A stretch of DNA of 64,000 nucleotides from assembly GCA_907165135.1 (NCBI GenBank), contig OU015567.1:5952001-6016000 (forward strand). The letters run 5' to 3'. Every line of letters begins with the position of its first letter. Positions within the stretch are counted from its first letter, which is position 1. The notes beneath the pieces were generated by a model. It was not told where the DNA came from. It saw nothing but the letters and a program-made list of their open reading frames with translations, and did no database searches. Below are positions 37,173 to 47,861 of the stretch, piece by piece. The DNA is from Oikopleura dioica. Lineage: Eukaryota > Animalia > Chordata. Position numbers and translations under genes: made by a program.

Positions 37173-40100
37173 ATGTCTTTTGAAGAGATGGGCAAGGCCT
37201 TCGTTGGCTTTTATTATCCGACGTTTGCTTCTGGTAAGATAAAGACAAAGTTCTGTCAAACTTGAATAAATTAGATCGAGCGAAATTGGCGGATATGTAC
37301 ACAGATATTGGGATCTTAGATTCGTTAGACTCCCTCGTCCCCTAAGGTCACTTGCTTATCTAGATCGAGCTTTGCTCGGTCGCCGCCGTGTATTTCTCTT
37401 CATTCGGTAATTCACGCAGTTCGTGAATTAACCTCTATTTTACTCCAGCTCGAAATACAGACGTCAAAGATACTTTACTCGTTTTCTTCACTCGTCCAGA
37501 TATAGAGAGCAGGCAAACTACGCTAGAAGTGGGAGATTCAGCAGAAGCTAGGATCCCTTCAGTGGTATCAGAGTAGTCCCGTTGGAGAAAAGGTAAATTT
37601 TCCGCCATCGACAACCGAAGTTTCGCAACTTGGACGCTGATTGGCCGTCAGCGGAGTCGAGGGGAACCGAATCACCAACCGCCACCGCGCCGCCGGAGAA
37701 ACTCCACTCAGAGAATTTTCCGCGCCGCACCACACCAACACCACCCCGAGCGAGCGCCACCACACGAGCGCCACCACGACCCACGCGCCGAAAGTCGCGC
37801 CCACGCAACCACGCACGCACGCCGGGGAAAACCTAAAATACTGAGAAAAACATAATTCTTTCGCCACTTTTCACCAAAAATCGAGAGAAGTTTACGAAGA
37901 ATCGACCCTTGGACCAGACCTTGAAATTTCGACAATCGCTGGACAGAGAAATCGTCGGGCGTTTGCGCAAAAGGCACCTCAGCTCATCATATTGCGACTT
38001 TTAGTCGCAGTATTTTCTGAGGGCCTGAAAGGTAATCCAAGGCCCATAAACCCTTACTGCCGATATATTTCGAGCTATGGCGGCGAACAAATCACTGCTA
38101 GAAACCGTCACCGAAATAAGAAGCATAAACGATCGAGTAAACTACCTCGAAGAACAAGTGCGAAATGACGAATCACTAAAGCCAAGCCTAGAGCCCTTGA
38201 TCACAGAAAGCAGAGTAAAATTAGAACAGCTCAGTACAACGCTTCTTACCTGCGAGCTCGATCAAGGAAAAGACTCTACGAATGCGACAATGAGAGAAGA
38301 AGCATGGGTGGCCACTACCTGGTCTCGTCACGTCCAAGACTTGCCGAAGCTGGACGCCGCATGCAACACATCTTTCAACACCTTCTTGGGCAGAGCCGAC
38401 ATTTATCACCGCGCCTACGTCCGCGACAGACCTTCACGTGAACAGCCTTTCATCGCAGCAGTGTACAGCCACTTCGACTTGAACATCGAACGCTCACTTG
38501 GAACCGAATTTCTGAATTGTCAAGACTGGAAATCGGCCAAGGCGCTGCTAGAGAAATCATTCGCCGCGAAGAGTCACTACTTACTGAAGCTAAGCGAAGT
38601 TTTCGACGTCGAATACGACCATTCGAAGCCGTTTGCACACTACACCGCCAACGTCTTGCAAAAGATGAACGAGGCGAAGCAAGCGACTTTGAACTCTTAC
38701 CGACAAGAGAAGTCAGCCGACGCCGGGGTCGATGAAATATTTGACATATTCTCGACGATGATGCTGTACTTGAATCTTAGGAAAGAAGAACCAGACGTTT
38801 TCAACGCAATCCTTCCAAGCCTATCAAAAGTTTACGATATCAACGAACTCTGCCGTCTCGCCCAATCCACAAGACAGAATCGAGTTGACAGCGCGACCGT
38901 CTCCCAGCACTTCAACAGAAATAAGAACAAAAGAAGAAGAATGCTAAGCGCGCCAGCAACGATTCTAAGGATGGGAAAGACGATAAACAACCAGAATCCA
39001 AGAAGATAAATACGACTAAGAACGTTGAAGATTTCCAACCATTCGACGTTCACTTTTACACAGTGAAGAAGAAGCGACCAGGAAAGGCTTATTTCGCTTC
39101 GGCTACCATCATTACGGGCTCTAAAAGTTTTGACGTATCGATGGAAGTCGACAGCGGAGCCGAGTCCTCCTGTCTGTCCGCTGCTTACGTTCCCGACGAA
39201 TTTCTCCAGATGCTGAAGCCCTGTCCCTTCAAGGTCACCGGTTTCAGCCCAAATATTCCCGCCGAGCAGCCGATGGGTATCCTTCCCTGCCGCTTATCAT
39301 TCAATGGTGGCCCTGCATTCTCCCTGAATCTCACCATTATGCCAGGCAGTAAATACCCAAGTCTACTGGGCCGCGATATACTAGAGAATGCGATGACGGA
39401 CAGCTTCACAGTCGACAATAAGAATCGTACTCTCTCATTTTGCTACAACGAAGCCTTCACACAAACTGAGACTCAAGTGGTGAAGCTGGACGGAGTGAAG
39501 CGGACCAAAATCAAGAAATACTTGACTACTAGATCAGCGGTCAAGGATAGCGATCGATCCCGCACTCAACCGCCACCAAAAGTCCCAAAGCTGGACGCAC
39601 CTAACAAGAACGCAGCCAGGTGCCCCATTCAGCTAGCGAAGCAAAAACTCGGAATTACCCTACCAGCAAACGCCGACCCGGGGCAAAAGAAGGTGGTCGC
39701 CGAGCTGTGTTTGGAATTCGACGACAGATTCGGCTGCGACGGTCAAAAATGGGTGAATTCCCGTTCGAGATCGAAATCCCGACTGATGGTACGAGTCGAA
39801 ACATCAGTCAACACCCGATTCCGCAAGCTTTTCATGGCCAGGTCACTGATCACATCTCCGAACTGCTCGATACGAAAATAATAGAAGAGATCAAGGACCA
39901 GAAAGGGTTTAATAGCCCCGTTCTGCCAATCCCTAAGAAATCTGGGGAAATGCGCTTCTGCATCAACTACAAGAACAGCTTGAACAAATGCCTCTCCGAC
40001 AAATCCGACCCATATCATCTTCCGAGCATGGAGGATACGATCGCGAACATTGGACCGGGCAACAAGTATTTCGCCACAGTTGATTTGCGGAGCGGATATT

Positions 40101-43100
40101 GGCAGTGCCCTATTAAGAAAAGCGATAGGTATAAGACTTCCTTCCAGTGGGGTGGGAAATCTTACGCCTTCTGCAGATTACCTTTCGGTTATCGATGCTC
40201 GGGGAATATATTCTCGCGCGTCGTAAACACGATTCTCGACTCAAGCCCCACCAGGAAGAAGATGCTTTCTTATATCGATGACATAGTATGTTTTGGGAAG
40301 TCTTTCAGCTGCTATTACAACACTCTCCGAAACCTATTCATCGCGCTCCGCAAGTTTAACGCTAAACTCAAGGGCGAAAAGTGCTCTTTCCTACAATCAG
40401 AAGCTCACTTTTTGGGCCGAATCATCAACGAAGAAGGAATCAAACCGGACCCTGCGCAAGTCTCCGCCCTTCGTCAGATGAAACCCCCACGCTCCCAAAA
40501 GGAGTTAGCTTCATTAATCGGGTCATTGAATTGGATCCGAGGTTTTCTAGAAACAAAAATGGGCGAAGCTATTTCATCCGGTTGCTTCTCGAGCAGAATG
40601 AAACCCATAAACGATGTTCGAAATTCGGCGAACGAAACAAATTGTTTCAAGTGGACCAAAGAAGCGGATTTGGCGCTCAAGGAAATTCAACGACGACTCT
40701 CCGAGACTCCTGTCATAAGCTTTCCTAACTTTGACGAGTCTTTTCACCTCTACACAGACGCGAGCCTGTACGCAGCGGGTGGTGTTCTGCTACAAGAGTA
40801 TGGCGGGAGAGTGCACCTAGTAAGCGCGATTTCCCACACCTTCAACAAAGCTGAAAGAAAATGGAACACTTCAGAAAAGGAAATGTTTAGCATTGTCTGG
40901 TGCTGCGAGCGACTGGAAAAGCTCCTGAAAGGTAGATTCTTTCAGATTCACACAGACCACAGATCTTTGATCTTCCTACACAAAAAGAAGTTCAAGAATT
41001 CTAAAATAAGCCGATGGCAAAGCCGATTGGAAGAATTCGATTTTCACATTGTCTACATCAAGGGATCAGAAAATCAATTCGCCGATTTTATGAGCCGCAG
41101 ACCTGGCGAGGACGACAAATCACTTGGATACGACTCTGAGTTTCCCGTTGGTCGCGAGTACGAAATCGACAAGAATTCACCAGTACGTGTCTTCGTCCCT
41201 TTCTGGAACGAAAATCAGTTTCCGGAGAAAATCACTTTATCAGAGGTGAAGATACATAAGGTAAACGTCAAGGCTATCGCGGCGCCAATGGAGATTCCGT
41301 TGGTGTCAGCGAATTATAATAACATTCTGGACTATCAAAGGGAGGACTCTGCTCTGAGTGCAATCATCACTTTTCTGGAATCTGGTAAGGAGCCACTGGA
41401 CATAAAATCGCTGGTGAAGGACTCCGACCACCGACAATCGTCTCTACTCAAGATGGAAAAAGCTCTGTTCCTGGATAACACTACCGGGTGCTTGATGTGT
41501 CAATTCAAATCTGGCGCGCGGGCGGTGGTACCGGAAGCGGTAAAAAGTCACTTTCTCTTTCTAGCTCACGACTTGTCCGGTCATCTGGGCGAGCCGCGGA
41601 CTTTAGAGCGATTAGAGGACGTTTGGTGGCCTTCATTTCAAGACGATGTTTCTAACTACGTCCACAGCTGCGTCCCTTGCCTACGCAGAAAAGGATCTGC
41701 TGGAACTCGTACCAAACCGCCACTTGGAACCCTTCGTCGTGGAAAAACAGCTGGCGAATCGATTCAGATCGATTTCGCTTGTATGCCTCCCGCTGGCGGA
41801 TTCAAGTATTATTTGGTGGTGGCGGACACTTTCTCTCGCTACACTTGGTGCATTCCGACGCGGTCCGACACTGCTATCTGCGCTGCAAAAGCGCTCATCT
41901 ACAAGGTCTTCCTTCCCATGGATTTCTTGCCGAAACATCTACACAGTGACAGAGGTACCCACTTCTGCGCAAGCGTGATTGACGAAATGTGTAAGCTTAA
42001 CCAGATAAAACATACAATAAGTACCGCATTTCACCCTCAATCAAACGCTTTCGCAGAAAGAGCGAATCGGACTATCAAAAACAGTCTATTCTGCATGGTC
42101 AACTCATCTTCCGGTCGAAAAACTTGGGCCGACTGCGTTCCCCACGTGATGCGCGCGCTCAATAGTGTGAAAAACAAAAGCACGAAAATTTCACCGCGAG
42201 AAGTTTGGTTTGGCCGAAAAAGTACTTTCACCCACTCTACTGGCGCAGAAATGACAGCGGAAACACCTCAGGTGTTTGGTCTCAATGTGGGAGCTTTAGC
42301 GAAATCGGCGGAAGCCATTGTGAAAACTGCGATGGAAGCTGCTGACCGAGCCATGGAGCACAGGCTGAAAAACGAGCCTAAGCCGAGACCAATCCCGCTG
42401 GCGCTGTCGTGTACATTAAGCGAGAAAACCTGACCGACGCTAAAAGCAAGAAGGAACGCTGGGTAGGTCCCCTGAAAGCCGTTTCGAGCAACGACTGGGT
42501 CGTCATGGTCGAAGATAAAAAGGACAACGTGATTTCATCCATCGAGAACACGTGGTTCACGCCGCAGAACGAAATCACGACTTACGCTGGATTGATTACT
42601 ACGAGGCCGAGTACGTATTCCCACATTTAACCGAAATCGTTAAGTCGAAAGTCCCACAAAATCGCCTGTTCCTACTTCCAAACCGATGGAAAAGTCCGGG
42701 TCGAAGTCGCATGGGGGAGGAAATCTTCTCAGGTCGCGTCGACTCCGATGGTTGCTATGGAAAAACCGCCAAGATCATCTCTATCACCTATTTTGGAAAG
42801 TAGACGCCGATTGGACATGGAAAATCTGGGAGATACAACCGCTACATCTATTTTGGACTCGTCGGTAGCTCCAGCCGAGCCGTCAGATCGCTGGTACTCT
42901 GGTGGTACTCTTTATGAAACTGCCGAGGACATGTCAGCTGATGCTACAGTGATTTCGGAGGTTGCTGCGCCCGACAATAGCCATATGTCAGTCGATAAAC
43001 ATAATTCAACAGTAGTTGAGGGCTCAGCAACTGAAAACAGCAAGAAAAGAACCCGTCCAAAGTCTTCACCAGATCGTCAATACTCAGCCGGCGCCGATCC

Positions 43101-44117
43101 GAATGCGACTTTAACCGAAGTTGGAGCAGCTCATCTCCCGAAACATACAAAACGAGCACACCGTGAAACGAGGCCCGTCGAACCTCTAAACATCGGCACA
43201 AACTCGGGTCAGTCATACGACTAAGCGCAAGTACTGCCCCACTCAGGTCCCCTATTCATCGACCGGGGCCTGAAAAGGTACGGAAATTATCACAGTTTAC
43301 CGTCGCCGACGTATTTTGAGTTCTTCTACATGTGCAGCTACTCCTTCATGTCATCACCGCTCGGACATCACGAAAACTTCGCATCTGATTCAAGCTTTTT
43401 CCCAAAAAGGGTTTTTAACGCGAATCAGACTGCCTCGACGTTTCGAACCTGCCATGTTACTCATCTTACGCTTATACTCCTGCAAAAATCACACACTTTG
43501 GCCTTAGAGGACGTTTCAGTCTCATGGGGGTATTGGGATCTTAGATTCGTTAGACTCCCTCGTCCCCTAAGGTCACTTGCTTATCTAGATCGAGCTTTGC
43601 TCGGTCGCCGCCGTGTATTTCTCTTCATTCGGTAATTCACGCAGTTCGTGAATTAACCTCTATTTTACTCCAGCTCGAAATACAGACGTCAAAGATACTT
43701 TACTCGTTTTCTTCACTCGTCCAGATATAGAGAGCAGGCAAACTACGCTAGAAGTGGGAGATTCAGCAGAAGCTAGGATCCCTTCACAGATCAAAGCTGC
43801 ATGACTTTCGAAGGAGCCCAGTTTCAAGGAAAACAACCGATTATCGACAAGCTGACGAGCTTGCCCTTCAAGCAGGTCAATCACCAGATCACTACTGTCG
43901 ACTCGCAGCCGATCATCGGAGTCGACGACAACCAGGTTAGCTCCATCCTTTTTCTTTTGTCCGATCCTTCAATCAGGCCTGTTGCGTGATGGTGACCGGC
44001 CAGCTGAAAACCGACGACGATCCACCCCACAGTTTCCATCAATCGTTCGTCCTCCGGCCCGCCGGTGGCTCTTTCGTCGTTGCCAACGATATCTTCAGAC
44101 TTGCCCTACACAACTAA
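37173..44117 (+). CDS. NUTF2: Nuclear transport factor 2, exon 2 split by an LTR retrotransposon
   Basis: MSFEEMGKAFVGFYYPTFAS-DRAKLADMYT[insertion]DQSCMTFEGAQFQGKQPIIDKLTSLPF...DSQP...VTGQLKTDDDPPHSFHQSF...NDIFRLALHN*. Confidence 0.93.
37306..37561 (+). repeat. 5' LTR
   Basis: tattgggatc...gatcccttca, repeated at 43531-43786. Confidence 0.97.
38077..43224 (+). CDS. gag-pro-pol polyprotein (split into several ORFs by 1-nt homopolymer frameshifts)
   Basis: gag from 38077, protease VDSGA...LLGRD, RT DLRSGYWQ / LPFG / YIDD, RNase H YTDAS, integrase HHCC plus IDF / HSDRGTHF / AERANR, and an S/T-rich tail to 43224. Confidence 0.92.
43531..43786 (+). repeat. 3' LTR
   Basis: Matches the 5' LTR and is followed by TSD CAGA. 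Confidence 0.97.
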
Positions 44118-44573
44118 CCCCAAAGCTCAAGCAAAAACTCTTCCAATCGTTGTCGATTGAAAAATAATCGTCCAAAAGTCTAGCTCGATCAAATGATCAT
44201 CGAGATTTAATTCCCTCTATGATACTACTCAGCCCTCAACCCTCCAACTACTAACATGTGTTCAAGCATCCTTCAGTTACAGTCACAGTCCCAGTACTAC
44301 AAGCAAACCTTCCTGTATTTTGAAACAAACATGTGCCTGAAAACATAGTTCATTGTCTACTACTATTTTGAATTTACCGCACCCCAATTCGAGATTCATT
44401 TTTTCCCACCACCTCTCCATCCTTCCTCGCAGAAACTAGTTCCTGCTTCATAGACATTCTATTTAAAATTGTTCAGTATTTTTTATTCTTTAATTTTTGG
44501 CGCCCCAAACATTTGAAACTGTTTTAAATCGTGTGAACCTAACTTTCTTTATTCACAATTTTTGTTATTTAGG

Positions 44574-47345
44574 ATGATAAAAGGTTGACGATGATTTCGT
44601 TGCTGGCAATTTTGGCGGTGGTTATTTTGTACTCTGCTTATCACTCGATTACTGGGCTGATTTCTGCATGTATAATATGCTTCTACATCAGCTATCAGTA
44701 TATGAAGCACATCGAAAGCAGCCTCAAACGAAATAAAAACGATTCTCGGAAAAATGAAGCGCCAAAAGTGCCAATTCAAACGGCTTTCAAATTCGAACTT
44801 GGGAAGTCACCGCAGAGTCCTCTCTTTCCGAAGCTTTTTCCGATCTTTTCGACGAAATCTTGCGGCAGTACGTGCACATCTGGTACGATTACATAACTAC
44901 TTCGCAGCTGTTCGTGGCGGAAATTCGCGCAGTTCTCCGAAACATCGTCGCTGTCATTTACGGGCGAGCTTTGGTGGCCGATTGGAGTCGATTGAAAAGC
45001 GAGACGATTCCGAAAGTGAGCTCCTTGGCCGCCTTTTATATCGACTCTTCTAGCCAAGGAAATGGCGCCCTTTCGTCTTCGGAAATCATGCGAAGTCTGC
45101 CAGAAAACCAGCTTCATCCTGCGCTAAAATCGCTGCGCCACGAAGAAGCGCATTTGAAAACGAAGCTTCAGAAGATCGCTCCTTTTGCTTTTCCGTCCGT
45201 CAGTAATACGGGCGTTCAGGTCCTCTGCGACATTCTCGTAACAAATGTCATCATTCCTGGAATTAACTTGGCGACAGACAAAGAAATGGGCTACAGAATC
45301 GTGATCGAAGCAAATTCATCGCTGCGCAAGAAATTCCGAAAGGAACTCGTCAAACTCGGCCTGGACGAAAACGCGAATGAAATTCCGCCGATTTGGAAAA
45401 GGCGAAAATCGAACGCAAACAAGATCATTCTTTACGACTTTGGCAGCCGCGGTTTTGTCAAGACGGAAAAGTCCATCTTCGTTTTGAGCGTCCGGCAGAT
45501 TTTGGAAGATCATCAAATGTTTTACTCCTTCAAATGCTGGCTGCAAAAGTACCAGGCAGTTTCCCTCCTCAATTTTGTCCATAAATTCGAAGATTTTAAC
45601 CGCCGATTTTTCGGACACGTCGAATTCAGGGAAGAAGAGCTACAGTCATTCCACAAAGAACTCAGCAACCTAATGGATGTGCATTTTTCGAAAGGCCCGT
45701 GTTGCATTCCCATATCTTCCAAAATCATCGAAGGTTTGTCACTTACCACAAAATTGCGTAAGCCTACTCATCCCTTTAGATTTGAAAGCGATCGTGTTTG
45801 GGAAGCAGCAGTCGCACGAAAACCTCATCAAAGCGTCTCGCCCATTAACACTTGCGTACAACACTACTTTGTACTTGCTGGAAGAGTATTATCTGCCGGA
45901 CTTTTGCCATGGAATATTTTTTAATGACAGTAGCTTGGCCTGTGGACACGCTGCTTATGAAGTTATTGGGCCTCGTGATGCTCAGGTAAAGACCTTTCTG
46001 ATAAATCCATTTTGATTACTGAGTATAGCACGCAACGAGCAAATCCATTACCCGTTCTGCCTCGAACCTGAGCAACAGGAAAACCAACGCAAAGTATCAA
46101 AACAGCAACCCGCAAAAACAATCGAGCGAGGAAATGAATGGCTCCCAATCCGACGCTTTCAGCTTCACCGAATACTTCAGCAAGACCTCCGACGATCTGC
46201 AAACTGTTCGAGTGACGATTCCGCGAGTAGAGAGAGACGCAAAAGGAGAGTATGCTTTCGTCGTTGCTGTTGAAAGTTCGATAGAAGCTCTGGACTCGCA
46301 GCGGCATTACCAGCTCCGCTACTACCCGGAATTCTACGCGCTGGAAAGCAAGCTCAAGGAGTTTCATGGCACTCTCGGCTGTTCTCTTCCAACTCGACGG
46401 CTGATCCTCAGAACGGAAGAATATCACATCAATATTCGCTCAGAGCTTGAATCCTGGCTCCAGAAGATCATTACCCGTCCGGAATTGCGCCATTCTCGGC
46501 TGCTGCTTGATTTTATTCAAAATAATCAAAGGTGACTTTTTAATAGAGAGCGGGTCTCGCCTTCTCCGTTGAAAGAAGGGTTGACTCAACGCTTTTTAGT
46601 GAGAGCTTTGGTTCTGGCCTGATCGAGAGCAGCATAAACCTTAATCGCGTGACGCAACCACTTGACAAACTAATCTCCACGAAAAAGGCTCCTCGGCTTC
46701 TTGAAAGGTTCAATTTTCAACTCCTTCCATCATGATGATTTAATCCCTTTTCATAGTTTCGCGAATCGAGCAAAAATGCACTCCGCTATTCCCGATGAAA
46801 ATTACGTCGGGCCCAAAAACGCGGCAAAAGTTTACGAAGAAAAGCAAGCATCCTTTACTTACCTATCTGAATCCTCGTCCCTTTCCGTTTCTTCAACCTC
46901 TTCATCCCTCTCTTTCCAGTTTAACTCCAGGGAGGATAATTCGCTCGCCTGTTCCTTGTTCTCGTTATTTTCCGCTCATTTCTTTCCGCAAAAATTCTTC
47001 AAAAGTCTGATTTCTTCATTCCGCCATGTTCTCATTTTGCTCATCAAAGCGTCCACTCCTTCCAAACCAGAAGCGATTGAGAAAGAAACCGTCAAGCAAA
47101 CAATCGACTCATTGCTCGAGGGAATTTGCAGCATCGGCCTTGATACTCTCCAAGCCTCTAGCTCCAACACAGCTACAGTTACTCCCCCTCCCTCGCGACG
47201 AGACCAAGCAGTAGCTGCTTTGAAGTGGTGGCCGTTGAGCAAGTCGATAATGAAAATTGCCGAAGCGCCACTTTTGCTCAAGCAAATTTATTTTATTATT
47301 ATTGACGATGTTGTTTCCATCCTGTTCCCTGAAATTTCAAAGTAG
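44574..47345 (+). CDS. SNX14: Sorting nexin of the PXA-RGS-PX class (SNX14-like), multi-exon
   Basis: Two N-terminal TM segments, PXA (ILRQYVHIWY, LHPAL), RGS (ILEDHQMFYSFKCWL), PX RYYPEFYALESKLKEFHG, terminal ILFPEI. Confidence 0.82.
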
Positions 47346-47861
47346 AAAGAGAATCGAGATTCTCTTCCTTGATTTCAACGTCTATCTTATCTTGTTTACT
47401 GTTTGCAGTATTGTATCAATATTTTTGGTGTTCATCTCATGCGACCATAAAAATCAACAAGCTCAGTACAGTCACGTTTCAGAATATGCCCAGTTGATAG
47501 TAGACAGCAAATACACAAAGCGAAAAAGAGTACTTTGGAACTATTCCGTCTGAAGATGAAGTTTTTGCTGAGTTTTTTGCTCCTCAATCTTGGGAGCTGC
47601 AGCGAGACAAAAATGAACGTCACGGAGAATGATAACGAAATCGAGTAAGTGATCCCTTTCCCGGGCAAAAAGGGTTTGTTTAAGAAAAATAGAGGAAAGA
47701 GAAAAGTCAAAGCCACGTACGTCTTCGAGCTATTTATAATTACTGATAAAAAGGGCAGTTTTGAAATGAACCAAAAACATTGGGTGTGGTCAAGATCGAC
47801 TCACTCAAGAATTTTCAATGTATTTTCGTTGCGTATCAGCTCAATTCAATAATCTTTCAGC

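Larger units (their letters stand above)
37306..43786 (+). mobile_element. Full-length Ty3/gypsy LTR retrotransposon (Tor-like if the host is Oikopleura)
   Basis: LTRs 37306-37561 and 43531-43786 (256 bp, no difference seen by eye). TSD CAGA at 37302-37305 and 43787-43790. PBS TGGTATCAGAG at 37563-37573, short PPT (ggggg) at 43526-43530, PR-RT-RH-IN domain order. Confidence 0.97.

Noticed and set aside
38920-39760. Programmed ribosomal frameshifts between gag, pro and pol
   Set aside because: No clear X XXY YYZ slippery site, and the same -1 homopolymer breaks occur inside integrase and host genes. More likely consensus error.
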